The notes under the pieces: model-generated
Told to the model about the DNA's origin: nothing
What the model saw: the letters and a program-made list of their open reading frames with translations, nothing else
The model's database searches: none
Program-made: the position numbers and the translations under genes
Source: Fimbriosthenelais zetlandica
Lineage: Eukaryota
NCBI GenBank assembly: GCA_977030845.1
Contig: OZ365111.1
Span: forward strand, 7,192,001-7,256,000
Direction of reading: 5' to 3'
Length of the DNA stretch: 64,000 bases
Shown here: one piece after another, positions 38,401 through 52,954 of the stretch
Layout: the number at the start of each line of letters is the position of its first letter
Position numbering within the stretch: the stretch's first letter is position 1

Positions 38401-38979
38401 CGTCTGACAGCTTCATTCTTTTTTTGTACTAGAAACGGAATGGATGTGACATTTGGATGTAGAAGGGACATTTTGAAGATGTACCTTCACATCGAGGCTA
38501 AGTTTCTGCAACAACATATTAGACTTTCACTGAATATCCATCTACTGAATATCACAACTTTGATTAAGTGATATCAGGGAGCAATCAGATAAGCTCTAAG
38601 AGTATGTCTTGAGATGTCCCCACCACCAATACACACTTAAATGGTGCCTGTATATATGAGAGCATATTTGAATATTGGTTTACGAAGAATCCCAGTCAAT
38701 ATTTTGTTAAAGGTTTAAGCTTAGTCATCCAATGTCCTAACACGATCCAACCTTTCTGAATGGGCTTTCCTGGTCAAGAGGTCTTGAGGAGACACAAAGG
38801 CTCGTTGCATGACCTGTAGTCATGGCAACTGAAATGCACATACTTAAGAATGCATTTGGTAAGCATACTCCAAAAAGGAAAGGGAAAGTAATTATGACAG
38901 GTGTATGCAGACCATGTGTACCATACTGCAAAATACCCATTTCATATATTTTCGAGTATCGGCATGCTGGAACTTGTTA

Positions 38980-39192
38980 AGCGGGGATCACACTAATCCC
39001 ATTCTCTATGGATCCGCATCCATCCGATAGCTGTCCGAAACTATTTCTTTTCACACCAAATGCTTGTAATTTGAACAGTCAATTACACCTAGGTAAGGCT
39101 AATCACTGACAAAATTACAATTATTGGATGCCGTTAGAAATGGGGGTTCGGATGACGACGTATGAGAGAATCGGATTAGTGTGTTCCAGGCT
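38980..39192. mobile_element. 213-bp MITE, PIF/Harbinger-type
   Basis: The 28-bp terminal inverted repeats match at 24/28 (AGCGGGGATCACACTAATCCCATTCTCT vs reverse complement AGCCTGGAACACACTAATCCGATTCTCT). A TTA target-site duplication lies at 38977-38979 and 39193-39195. Confidence 0.75.
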
Positions 39193-42100
39193 TTAGAAGA
39201 ATCAGAAAGTTCCATCAGCCATGGCTGAATACCGAGGAGGACAGACTCAAGGGAGACAAGCAACCACACAGCATGGCAATTTGATATGCAAGGCCATTAT
39301 TGCTTGTATAATCTTGTAGCCAGAGGCTGGCTTTTTAGCTTTTCTTCTAATCAAACTTTAATTAAGACCTCAAATTAAAGTGATCAAGATCATTTAGCAT
39401 CAGACCAAGAAGAAAATTGAGGATGAAATGGATCACTGATGATCAAAAGTCTTGCATGACCTATCTCAGATACGTAAGTCGTGTGAGTCTCAGAAGTGCG
39501 AAGAGTTAAGTTCTTGATGTTTTGGAATAAAATCTCCAAAGGCCCAAAATAGGTAGATATACAGAGACTCTTCAAAGAAACGTCACAAAGAACGTTTCAG
39601 AAGTAGCAAAAGGAGAACGCCAATGTTCTTAATACAAAAGAGAATCTGAGATCCCTAGTGGACATGGGTGAGCACGTTCAGAACTCCTCACAAAACTGAG
39701 GTGACCTTATCTAGCATTGGAAATTATCAAATATGTCATGTCAAGTTAAGCATAGCCATCATGATGTCCATTATTAGATTTCTCTTTCTGCTTCGTACAA
39801 GTATCATAGCACAAGAATGGAGTTCCCAAAGGGACGCCTACTGAAGCACCAACTTTGGAGGACACAACGCTGTAATGCAATCAGCTTGGAAAAACTGCCA
39901 AATGCCATCGCAGTAATAACTTCAAGGGGTGAAATTACATGAAATTGGCAGTGTCAGTGGCTCCGGCACTGACAGTTCTGTCACTGTCCGAGCTGTGACA
40001 TTGGCAAAAGTCAATGACAGTGGTGCTGAGGGGGCCACCTGAAGGCTGAAACTCCAGCCAGGCAATTGCCCTGTGGGTCGGGCTGGATCCTATGTAAATG
40101 AACTGTCTCTCGGCTCATGGGAATCTAATCCTGGATGTCCCCGAGTCCCTGAGGTGGTCATCTAACGACCTTTTACGAGCAAGGGTCAAGCAGATGCATG
40201 TCGTTATCTGGCATGCATATTGGGTCGGGATATTAAATGTTCTAGCGTGAGTGGGATGATCCAGAAACTAGATACAAGCCTTGAATTATCATCCCAAATG
40301 AGAAAATTTGTTACTGGAGGGCAACTTAGCATAAATGAATAGAATTATGCCGAAGCCTGTCGTTTGTCTAACGGGTGCTTTGAATGATATGGACAGAGGG
40401 ATGCTATACATATCATAGTGTTTTATTCATTTCGTGATCATATACAGTGCAGGGAAAGATATCAACTATCTAGTACCGCAGGTATTCTGATATCATCTAC
40501 ATTCTATACCGACAAATAAATTACATCAGATAAAAGCCTGGAAGGCTTCAACATGTATATGGCAAAGCACCTAGAGTAGATCATAGATCTCTTAATATAT
40601 ACAGACAAAGATCGTCTAAATTATCTATGGGTGGAGCCCATGAACAGTGCATCAGAGTTCATCTGATCAAACTTTATTTACATGGCTGTTATGTCTCATT
40701 AAACAGAAAGATTCCCACTTGATCTTGGCTTCCTTTTGAGAGAAGGAAACCAATTTATATATCAAGTGGTTGGGAGAAGTTGGGTCTACGTGAGAGTGTT
40801 ACCTATACGTGTGTGTACACGGCAGGGCTGAACCTTTGATAAGGAGACAATGGTGTATATACCTGGCCATCAGATGAGCAAGTAGGCTGAGGAGGAGAGA
40901 CCTTTTACCTCATGTTACATCAGGGTCTATATTATTTACATCACCCACCAGTCATACCCAGGTGTGCTGTTTACCTGGGGTAATCACCATCAGAAAAATT
41001 GGGTGACCATAATCTACACCCCAACCTAGTATTATACATGCGAGGGTGGACCTCAATGATACTTCAGTCTTGGCTGACACACGCCATAGCCCAGCATGAA
41101 CCCCGCGACCCCTTTTAGTGATCATCCCCCTGCCATATCATGTCGGGGGGAGAGAGCTTTTAGTCATACAGCCATATATGGAGTGTTAATAATGTTAAAC
41201 ATGCACCGGGAATAGGGAAAAAGGAGAGGGAATGCTCTCTGATTGGTGCCTCTGGTTGGGACTCATGAGAGTAGCCCCAGGGTAGCGAGGTCGGAGTCCC
41301 CTTGTTTTTTCCCCCTCTTTATATTGCCCCCGGCGCTGATAAGGGGCATCAATGGCATTAGAGCCGGCATGCTGCATGTCGATCAGATATTGATATGTGC
41401 ACGGGTCTGGATAGGTGAAATTTGAATATAAATTCAGGGTGGAGATGTATTTGATATGTTAACTATAGCATTGGGTCAGTCATTAGGCTTCACATTAAGT
41501 CGCACCGATGCCTTGATGCACCTATACATTATTGAATATACCCCCATTTCCAAATGCATATATATGTGGTCACGGATCGTGCATGTGATGACTAAGTAGC
41601 CTACGCTCCCTGACTAAAATTTCAATCTATATAAGAAGCCTAATAGGTCGATGTACTCCTTGAACATGGCCCAGCTAAAATTCAATTTCAATATAAAAAT
41701 CACTGCAATAATGGAATATTCTACGGACTCCACTAAAAAAGTCACTTGACATTCAGAGCAATATTCTCGGAATACCCAGTCCCCACAAATTTACCCCATT
41801 TGATAGGATCAACAAATTAATTGACCTACTTTGTGAGATGCTGATAAAAGCAAAAAGAAACGTAGTTTATTATTACCATATGAACTGGTCATTTTTTGTT
41901 GAGATTCTAATCACTGGTCTCGAGGACATGCTCCCGAAAAATAGATGGAAACACTGGGTTATCGTGTGCAAGTGATGAAAAATATGATGGAATGCATGGG
42001 CGAATAAAGGGATGAATTAGATTTTAGGTTGCCAAAAGGTCCCGTGATAAGACGGTCGGAGGAAAAGACCTCAATGAGATGGTCACATTAGAGTAATGGA

Positions 42101-45100
42101 AAGATAAAGCTCTATTTTATTACATCTTTGTTGGACTCTTGAGAAAATACTTTTTCAAGGCGTTAGATGGGTCTAAAGATTAGGAATTGATTAAGAATGC
42201 CTTTCCGATGATAGCGTCTCAGTGTAAGTTATTCATCGCCATCTAATGGGGCACCGGGGAACAAGGCAAGATGTTCGATCATCTTTGAAAGAACAAGCAA
42301 AAAGTCGCTTGCTCCTGGGATCTGGGATCTCCTCGCTTTGCATCCCATTGAAAATGGATTGCCTAAATTGATTGGTGAATCTGTTTAATGTCATCTATTT
42401 CCAAAGAGGATTTCCTAGGAGACACAAAATATGATGGTGTGTCGTATCGGAGCTTCCTTCTCCGTTAAGCTTACGTACATGAGGGGCTCTTATCACCCTG
42501 ATCAACAATGAGGAAAAGCTTTCAACAAGGTATATAGCTACACTCTGTGCTAGGCCATGAGCAATCCATCAAATGAAAGCCCAAGGGACCAATTCATTTT
42601 GACCTAGATAATATGGTCTTAATGCCACAAATTGAATCAGCTTTATATACAAGTACAGAGTATGATCCGCTATTCATGATTTCATCGCAAAGTGTTTGAA
42701 ATCAAAAATGGTTAATTTTTCCAAACGATCCTTGCTGATCCAGGGGCTAGGTGTTGTCTTTTCACAGCCGTGGACAAGAACAATGCCTTAGCGTCCAAGC
42801 ATCCCTTATGAAAGCCGCTGACCCAAGAAGCTTGTGCCAGAACCAACACTATCTCCTGGCATCCTTCAAAAGCTGCGGTCCCCCAATCCATCATATTCTA
42901 ATAAAGAAACCGCAAAATGACAGTTTCTCATTGAACAGCAGAAATGGATTGAGACACATGTAGTCATGCCATTTTGCACACCACCTTGCAATGTGGTTGT
43001 GTCTTGCTGCAAGAAACTCTTTCATTACTGGACACGAATGGAATTGAGGCAATTGGGAAATTGGGAAATTCTATGCAAAGGCATTGAGGAACAAAGAGGT
43101 GGTGGTTTGATAACAGTACATTGTTCTAAGAAATAGTTATATGACAAAAAGCTAGCCCTTTGAGAAGTTTCGGTATGGGCAAGTTCTAGAAGTTGAACAA
43201 AGGAGGCATCTAGAAGTGTTGACGCAGCGGAGGAAGAGAGATAGACGGGGAAGTAAGGTCTTGATAATGGCAGCAAGTGGTAGAGCTAAATGTCCAATGA
43301 GGATGCCAATTTACAAAGGCCACACTAGTCGGTTTACCCAGTATTAAATGTCAGGTCAATTTAGAGTGCCTTTCACATCTGGACCTATCACATTTAATTT
43401 GGGGAATAGCTTCTTTCTATTGGGCCTTATATCTTCTCTCTAGTTCCACAGACCTAAAGTACTTTGAGATTTTTTCTGTCGATCCAGAAATCTCAGGCGA
43501 TTACAGCAATCCGGCTATAAAGTTAGAAATTATCGACACCAAAAATTTGTATTAAATTCTCGGTCGATATCTCTCCCCGATTCCTTCATTTTATGATAAA
43601 AGTTGAAGTAGAGACGATGCGCAGATATCAATTCTGATATTTGAGACAATTCAGAACAGCCTTGAAACACATTGGAGGAACTCAAATCTGAAAGGATATG
43701 TCAATAAACACAGCTTCGGTTCGCACCCTTCATTCTCTAGTCACGGGAGGAGCTCATCTGTGCTAATTACAGGGCACTAAGGGTTTGATGTGTACGAGCG
43801 ACTCATGTCAAAGTCTTGAATTACTCCTGTCATAGAAGCCATCTAGTCACTTCATAAATACAAGTCACTACGAGTAATGAGTACGTCAATGAACATTACA
43901 CATCTCCATAACTCTAACAAAGTCAAAGGCAATTGCTTTTGGTGCAGCGCTGCAGAGAGACAGCTTATGAAATTCCAGTTGAGGATGATAGAGAACAGAG
44001 AGTGGTGATGCCATTAAAGAAGAAACAAACACGGTTTGTACATATTTCCCTCTGTGACCTCTAATTTACACTCAACTGCAAAATGACGAATCAATTATGG
44101 AGGACAGGCTTTTGATTGGGCAGGAGTTGGTTGTAATAGAGGAGCGGAATGTACACACATTGCTGGCCTTTAAATTACGGCTGGTTGAAACCGTGATTGG
44201 CAGGAGCAATAACAAAGCTGGTGTGCAGGAGCGCTACACATCATTTCTCCCCACCTCGCCTACCTTGTTCACTTTCACTCTGTGGGCCAGAGCAAAGCCT
44301 TCCACTTTCAAGTCATAGGCGCGTGTTTGCGATGAAACAGAGAAAAAAAACTCTGTCAGCAAATGGTAGGAAGTATTATTGATTGGCTCTTATCAATATA
44401 AAGTCGGAAGTGTTTCAACTGTAGTCATAAACAGAAAACGAGGAGATCCCTCTTCTTGATATTCCAAACTGGAGAAGCTTTCAAGACAAGTGTACCGTTA
44501 TTAAATGTTCTTTTTCTTCTCTTTTGAATTCCATAGCCAATAATCAGTTTCGCTTTTTGCTTCCAAACATAACAGATGATGATGCATCCGTTGAGAGATA
44601 TTCAATGTTTGGAGAAATATTCAAATCTTCTTCCTCAGAGATTCTTCCTCCTTGCATCACCCAACATCTTCCTCCTTCCTTCATTCTTTTCAAGCAGTGC
44701 CAAAGTCAGAGAGAAAACTTTCTCGATGAGCTGGGATTTCCCTCCTGCATGAGAGATTTCATTTGGCTATGCCTGTTTTGCTTCGGCAAAGGTACAAACG
44801 CAAGGCATCCAACGAGAGCCCTGTGAACCTGATTGTCATATGCCCTCCAACCATGATTGGGAGGGTCGTGCTTTGTTTTGACAAACCTGGAGCATGAAAA
44901 ATCATTTGCTTAAACAATGATTGGAAGCGGTCTTAAAAGGGAAGCACTATGTGCGAGGCCGGCGAGGGAAGCAGGGTTTTGGTGGAGGTTCTTGCCAAGA
45001 CCAAGTCATCTTTATGAAACTGATAAACACAGGACCTCTGTGGCCTGACTTTCTGATGGAATAAATGCCCCAGGGTGTGTAGCAGCTGACAGAAACGCAA

Positions 45101-48100
45101 ACACAGGAGACAACGAAGGCAGAGTCACAAAAGCTTTGGGTTTGATGGAAAATTTACCAGCAGAGTGCATCGGGTTGATAAGATGTACTATAGTCATTCT
45201 GTGCTCTTATGGCGGACTCGTGTCTGCATACCCTGGTATGTTGCCATGTGCCAATTATAGTGAAGTTCCTTTATAGAAATGAAGTGCAGGCCCTAACATT
45301 GGGAGATAAGGGAAACACTTAAAAGATAAAATCAACATCAGTTTGATGGAATTCACTATCGTCTTTTTAATCAATATCTATTGGTAGACAACGTGAATGG
45401 CATTTCAAAGATTGCTGCGTGCACTGAAGGAGCATACATCAAATCTATCAAACCAGAATCCTTTTAGAAATTGAATGGATCCAATGTCTAGTATAGTCCT
45501 CTGAGAATCCAAAGTTTTTGGAGGAGGTTTTTATCAAAGACAACACCTTCCAAAGCATGGTATTGTTCGAATTATCATTTTACATATTCTTCAAAGCAAC
45601 ATTCTGAAGCAGATGGGAATTTACCTTGCTGGTTATATACATGACAAAGTTAAAGATGACCTTGTGCAAATGCATCTTTTAAACGGGGATGATGTCAAAG
45701 GAAATATATTTTCTGTCATGCATCACTTTAGAGGTTGTCAAATATATCAAGGGGGCATAATACCAACAGCATTACGAGAAAATGTCTGAGGGATCTTTGC
45801 TTTGTAGCAATGGTATACATGGAGTAGAACCACCATGGGGTGGACGGATTTGCCATATATGGCACCCTCTATAGACATACACCCGCTTGGCTACATTCCA
45901 AGGATCTCTTTTGCCGAGATGGGATAAAAATGATCAAGAAAGTCTATATGCGGGAGGAAGAATAGGCTTTGTTGGGCGCTGAGCTGGCCAGTTTGTCTAA
46001 CCCGGGGGTTGTTTCGTCTTGTATAAACAGAGAGAAAATCCTGAGTAAATAAAGGCATAATGCGTTCACTTGGGGAGCTGGAGGGCCGAATATCACGTCC
46101 ATATTGATTTGGATACAACTCTTTTAGCTGTGGCAATCGTGATATGATGATAAATTAGGGGACGCTCTGAGGGGACTCGGACCAGTCGAACCAACATCCC
46201 ATTCCTGTCACATCGGATGTGGGGTCATTGGCTTGGATCTGACAGACAGGTAGCAGCACAAGATTAATAGTGGTTATGAGGCTTCAATATTGACAGACTT
46301 CTTTTCGGAAGTCAAGTTTTTTTGTAACCTGCATGATTTGAAGGAGCAGGAATTATTAAAATTTTTCTTCATTTTCCAGGCGTTATTCCTGATAAATGAA
46401 CTTTTTGGTAGGGTTGTACACAACTCTGTTATTCTCCTTTAAAGGAATTCGCTGCGAGTCGGGATTAGTCCTAGACGTGGCATGATCATGGCAAAACCTA
46501 TCTATTATTATATTCCACGGACAGACACATCAGTCCAAATGATTTTATGGGGAAAAAAATCACCACTCGGTAGTATTGGTGGAGATAAAATATCCTTAAT
46601 TTAAGATAATAATAAGAAACTGGTATATAGCTCCCTAGCATCATAAGAAAGTAGTTCTAGAGAACATATCACATATGAGGAATCAGAAAATAATCATCTG
46701 AGAACTCTAAAATTCTCCTTACAGTAATAACCTTGTCGTGATTTCATCATACTTCATCTTGCTCTTCTAATCGCGTTGTCATTATCTCCATTGCACAGCA
46801 ATTTCCTGTTGAAGCACAGATCAATTTTAATGATGTCTAAATATAGCCTCCGACACACTTGATAGTGGAGATGATATCTATGTGAAAAAGAGAATAATTA
46901 AAATGGGGCTTTAACATTGTCATAAAATTATCTATATATCAATAGCTTATCAGCGATGAGGATCAGACCTCAGGCTGGAGGAGGTTGGCTGTAACCTATA
47001 GTTGGTATAGGTGAAGGGCTGGAGGTTTATGCTCCAGGTTGAGTGATGGGGGGATCATGGGCTACAGAGGAGGCTAATCTCCACAATGCAGCCCTCATAG
47101 CGCAAACAGAAAAAACATCTAACCCATATAGACCAGCACCCATGTTGTACGGCAATATACCCAATTCCATATGCAAGAAACTGCAGCTAATGATCACTTG
47201 AAAATCACGACTATCCCATTCAGTGTCTGATGAAGGTTGAATATGTATGCCACGCTCTATTGTATAGTGGCACTAAATCTTGTTGGATGTTATTTTCCAT
47301 TTTCGATCCCTTCTTTATCCGGTTTATATATCCTCTTTCTTTCCATCCCTATTGTTGATGATTAACCATTAGCATATAATAATTCAATACATCCTTTGAA
47401 TATAAACACTGTCTACTCATACTGCTTGTAATTCCCTACTGGTTATTTCAGGTGATGTATATATACATCTGCTTTGGGACATTCCATCATTTGAGGGCCA
47501 TATGTTCCCACTCGCCACTGAAAGTAATACACTTACCCAATACAGCTGACCTTAGTTGCTCTGCGGTGGCTTCAATTATGGAAGCCAATGATTGAAGCCA
47601 GGCGTGGAAGCCATGTGGGAATTGGTGCCGGCCATTTAGGCCAACATTGTTACAGTTAATTTGGTCAGCAATGATATGCTTTATGAAAAACATATTAGAT
47701 CATGATGCGTCGGGGCATCTGGAAGTAAACTATCTTGGCCAATTTAAGCCTATAGAATGATGTATTTCACCTTGTTAGATGGAAACAGATCGAGCAAATA
47801 CCATGAATTATGAGAATCGCTTAAGAAAAAAACTTGCAGTCTATGAGAAACCTTAATCCAAATCTTGATTCAAATTGCAGGCTCTAATTAAGGAACACAA
47901 TCCTCTGCATGTCACATACTTCAAGAGAAACCCAATATATCCAACATATAATCATGCTTTTGGGGTAGTTTTCGCCTATATATAAGAATAAAAATCCTGT
48001 TATAAAACACTAACAGATTTGATCTATACCTTAGACAAGCGGAGTATGTAATTAATTGTCTAGTGAAATACAATCCTAATGTTTTCTAATGGCTGAGAGC

Positions 48101-51074
48101 TAATGGAATTTGCTACCATCAGGTGCATGTGCTCAACCTTTACGGCGCACCAGGGATAGGCTTAGTATTGGTTACAACCACAACCACTTATTTGCACCCG
48201 AAAATAAGCCCCTTGGGTTAAGCAATATTTACCTGCACTTAAGACTTCCCTCTACCACAAAAACAATGCTGAGAAATAGTTTCTAATGCATTGCTTTAAA
48301 TAAGGCCGCGAACTTGGGTTTTCAGAAAGTCTCAGGATTCGCCCTAAGTTGCCTTGCTTTGCCCAGATTCACCTGGGAAACCCTGGGCGCAGGTCTGTTT
48401 ATGTAAGGGTTTAATACCTTTATTTCTGCTTGGCTGCATCGCTGCCTTACCCAGGCGATGAATGATGCAAGAAGCTGAGAAATGTTTGTATAGGCTTATT
48501 GTTACCCTTGGCAAATTAGTAGCAACTTCTCGTGCTTGGCATAAAGAAGCCACCCAAGGGGAAAATAGTCGACATGCAGGCCCTGCTGCTTGCATGTGCC
48601 AGGGCCATCAAGGGCCGAAGCTCGTTGGCTGCAGCAACAATAACAGGAGAGATTTTCTGCAAAAATACACACAAGAAAATGGACAATTCTATCAAGGACT
48701 AGAGAACACGCCCCAGGTTCATATTTGCTCAGCTTTTGTTTTGGGTCTCTCCACAGTAAAATTGCTTCCTTTCTTTATCGCCTGTGGGCACAGCAATTGA
48801 TAGTCGATCTCAGACTTTACTCTGCATGCCATGCTCTATTCACTGCTGATAATTATAGCTTTGTGAAATCAATAAAGCATCTGATCAAAAGAGCTGGTGG
48901 CAGTCCATATACATATTCAGGGGAATCTTTAACTGGAGAGTGCAGGAGGACTTCCAATGGAAACTATAGCGTATTTAAAATGTTACTTGGTGGTGTGCTA
49001 GTGTTAGATCCCAGTGGATGGCACCCTACCACCTGGAGGCACCTTCTGAATGATTAAAATTCCCTAGGAGGAATTCTATTGTACGTCAAATCATCGCTAG
49101 GCCCAGAGGGTGAAGCCCAACCCATTATGGAGCAATCGCATGCTGACAGCCAGCAGAAGCCAGTGGAAAAACATTCGGCCCTGCGGTTTAATTTCACATT
49201 AAATCTGGCATCACCCGCCACAATGACATCCTCAAGATCGAGTCGAGGTTTGAATTACCATTAGGCACGTCTTTTACTCATCCATGTATCATTATATTGC
49301 CAACACTTTCATGTGGTTCTCAAGTCCGGGGGAACCCTTGTTGCATCTTGTCTTTCTTCTGCCTGTTCTCCGCAACCCAGTATATCCCGCACCCAGATAC
49401 CATGTGGGAGGTTCTCCCCTGGGCTACCAACCCATCCATCCTCCTCCCCAGGTGATCACATCAACTTGATCCTCATAAAACCCGCCACACAACAGACTAA
49501 GGGTCCATCATCACAACCCACCCGAGTATCACAGTCTATTGGATTGCGGGGCTGATCCCATTGTCTCTTGGTGAAGCCACGGGCCAATGATGTGTCGGAT
49601 GGAATCTCGCGAGATTTAACTACACACCCGTGATAGCTGTGTGTGTGTGGAATAGGGCTGGGTGTGGGGTGCAAACTGCTCTCCACAAAAAGAGGCAGAA
49701 CCACAAAAATGGAAGCCACTACAAAGAAGAAAGCCATAGGCTGACAGAATGCCATGTTTAGTTATAAAAACTGCTGGGCAGATGCCTCTTGAAAGGAAAT
49801 AAGAAGCTCTCCATTAAAAACTTAAAATTTTTTACCGCTTTAAAAGCTTTAAATGTATCTGATTTAATGGATGGCCTGCACTTAAGCGACAAATGCTTCC
49901 TTCATTGTGGTATTAATTCCCCGCCTTGCTTCAAGCACTTATAGCAATATATGTTTTATGGAAAGGCTCGGAGGAAGTGGATGATCAAAAGAGTCATAAC
50001 ACAAGCTAATGTAAAGTGTATATAAGGGCCAATAGCTGAGGTACATGCACAGTTCTAACACTAAAGAACCAAATATATTCCACCCAAAAAATGATCTTGT
50101 CAGCCTTTCATATGGCATTCGAAATGTGTACATTTTGCATAGGAAACACGAGGTCTAGGCATTAAATAATTTGCCAAAAAATGAATTTAGTTAACACAGT
50201 AAGGTGCAACCGACACATGAGATGAAATTCCGCAGTTATAGTATTTCTGCTCGGGAAAAAAACTGACTCACTTTGCCTCTTCTGCTCTCTGTTGCACCCA
50301 AATGATCTGAACCATCTGTTACACTAAGGGTTTAAGTGGGAAACCATGTTGGCCTTGCCCACCTGTCCTCTCCAGATCCAGAAACCTGACAAGCAGGCTC
50401 CAGGCAGGTGCGTGGCCATAAGCTCACATCTCAAAGGCCATACGAGTAACATACAGGCAAATAATATCATTAACTTATGGTCAATTTGCTATTCAAAGCT
50501 GTGAAAGCCTCTACTCCATGGAGGACGAGTGCAGACTAAATGGACACACCCAAGTTGTTCTGTGAAGTATATACATATATATATGCCAATTTAGGCAATT
50601 TTCCTCCTGAAATTGCTTTCATAATAAGCACACATATTCCTATAGAAAACGCCGCCCAATGTTGCTATATATAAAGGAAAGATAATGGGGAAAGATATCA
50701 AAGGATGTATTAATGTCAAATCCACTAAAGTAAGAGACCTATCTTGATGCGGGAGCATGATCCATTCTACATTGATTGATTAACACCTTCTGAACTCTGC
50801 TAATGGAACATTTAGATGGAGAACTGAGAATCAAATTAAGAGCGGGATAATATGAAGTAGATTGACTGGCACATCCTGTCGACCGATCTCGCAATGTGAT
50901 CAGACTCTCAAATCACTCTAGCTGTGACAGGTGTGAATGGATCCAGGTGACCAGGCCTGGCCTTCAAGTGGGCGGGTCATGTAAAGTGAACATGTAATAT
51001 TGCCTAATGACCGAGCCTCATGCTTGACAGGTAAATCTGAAACCAATATGAATTCACCTCACTACTATCGATAA

Positions 51075-51202
51075 NNNNNNNNNNNNNNNNNNNNNNNNNN
51101 NNNNNNNNNNNNNNNNNNNNNNNNNNNNNNNNNNNNNNNNNNNNNNNNNNNNNNNNNNNNNNNNNNNNNNNNNNNNNNNNNNNNNNNNNNNNNNNNNNNN
51201 NN
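51075..51202. other. Assembly gap (128 N)
   Basis: Run of N in the sequence. Confidence 1.
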
Positions 51203-51756
51203 TCTTTTCCTGAAAAAATCTTCATCGGCCGAAGGATTATCACATGTTCAAAGGAAGGGATCTAAACGCTGCTTTGAATGAAGAAGGAATTTGGTCGTGA
51301 CAACATTATATTTCCATCAGACACATTAAAATATAGAAAAAATAATGTGGTGAGGTTCTGCGGCTGGTTAGGACATCGATCACGCGAGGAAACATTTGTG
51401 GAGTATGTAATGGCCAAGGTTCAAGCTTGAGTAGGCATGTATTGCATTGGTCAGTCTCGAATCAGTGCCGTCAGGCCTCCTGGGCGCCAGACTAGAAGGA
51501 TGACAGCTCTGGTGTTGGGAGGGGATTCCAGTGGGAATGCCAGAGTCCACAGTCAGACTGGCCCAACTGGCACCTGTGAGGGGAATACCAAACAGCTTGC
51601 TTAAGCCAGGCCCCGATTGGAGCTAATTAGAATGAATGGCCTGCCCCAAACCTCCAATTCCATAGCCATCTTATTTGGGCACCTTGGCAGTCAGTGTCCA
51701 AACAGAGTGATGGACAGTGAGCGGAGGAAAAGAAAACAGTGTACGTGAAGCCACAG

Positions 51757-51878
51757 CAGTGAGCGCCGCTACTGCCGTCCTTATATATAGAGGGAGGTGG
51801 TATCGATGCCAGTAGAACTAATATGCAATCTATGGGAGACTGTCAGCAACACTTGCTGAAACCCGATACATCCCGCCC
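51757..51878 (-). promoter_or_regulatory. Candidate TATA-Inr core promoter on the minus strand
   Basis: On the minus strand: GC box GGGCGGG (51878-51872), TATATATAA (51789-51781) and Inr-like CTCACTG with its A at 51760, 29 nt from the first T of the TATA run. Confidence 0.5.
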
Positions 51879-52713
51879 AGCCTCCTCACACCTCACATTG
51901 ACCCCTGTGACCAGTCTCCATAAGATGAAGATTAAAGAGGCAAGCAACACATTTATTACTTGTGAGGCAATAAAGAAGTAGATCTCCATGATTCACGTAA
52001 TTGCTGCTTGCTGTAATATGAGACGTTGGCATGGAGGATTAATAATGGATGGGATAGCGAATGGCTCCATATTTCATTGGCAGGTTTTTACATGGATTAA
52101 TGACCATGGGGCGTCAAGGCCCTAAATATTTTAATTCATGTATATATAGTGAGCTACCGACGTGGGTAGATTCCACGATGGGCACCAGGGCTAAAATCAC
52201 CATCCCTCGAAGGTGACAAGAAGTCACCGGTATCAAAAGCTACCCGCTCTTTAGACGGAGATCAAAAACTTTACCTTAAAATCACAGTGGCAGAGACTAA
52301 ATGATAGATGTGACAGGGTCTAGCAAAGTATGGGTGACATGGAAGATAATGGTGCCTGGGGGAACCCAGTATATCACCTGGTCGTGTGGCCCCGAACCCT
52401 ACAAGACCAGTTGCGATTGAAAGTGACAGGTAGCCATTGAGAATTGGTTGGTCATTCACTGGCTGACCATTACAATGACCAATGTGACCAGAGCCAGCTT
52501 TCTGAGCACAGCATGCAGCCTTTCACAGGTCATCGCAGACAAGGTCCAAAACTTGCTGTCTCGTAATCGCCAGTCGTACACAATCACACTGCAGGAATCT
52601 GATCGGTGCAATACAGGGAACATAACCCAACAATGAACCCTCGACAATGACACCTTGCGTTTTGATTAAATTCTACCTCAGTCTCTTCTACACAAGTTCA
52701 TTTCTGGGGATGC

Positions 52714-52954
52714 ATTGCCTGGGTTGCAAAAAGAACTTGCATGGCTTGCAGAAAGATTCCATTTTTGGCGATGTATTTCGCTAACAGCACATAGAAATAC
52801 ATAGGATTTGGCCTTATTTTGTCGAGCAGAAATTCGCAAGCGATGGGTTTCTGCAATGCATGCATTTTCTGGTCACCAACTGCTCGCCAACACCGTATTT
52901 TGTCGAACAGAATTTGTTTCTGGAAGCCAATTAGGATTCTGCAACCCACGCATT
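52714..52954. repeat. Possible degenerate MITE or inverted-repeat relic
   Basis: The 18-bp inverted ends match at 15/18 (52714-52731 vs 52937-52954), and there is an internal ~20-bp direct repeat tattttgtcga-cagaa-tt. No clear TSD. Confidence 0.3.

Noticed and set aside
47534-47718. Minus-strand candidate exon with a strong GTAAGT donor
   Set aside because: All three frames contain stops from the best acceptor. The internal ATG frame gives no recognisable protein.
48451-48656. Minus-strand candidate exon with a good acceptor and GTAAGG donor
   Set aside because: All frames hit stops before the strong donor. The only open frame needs a weak donor and a phase incompatible with the neighbouring candidates.
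52271-52653. TLSAMTCERLHAV resembles a GPCR TM3 (E/D)RY region
   Set aside because: Stops occur shortly downstream, and no other TM or GPCR motifs are present in the right spacing.
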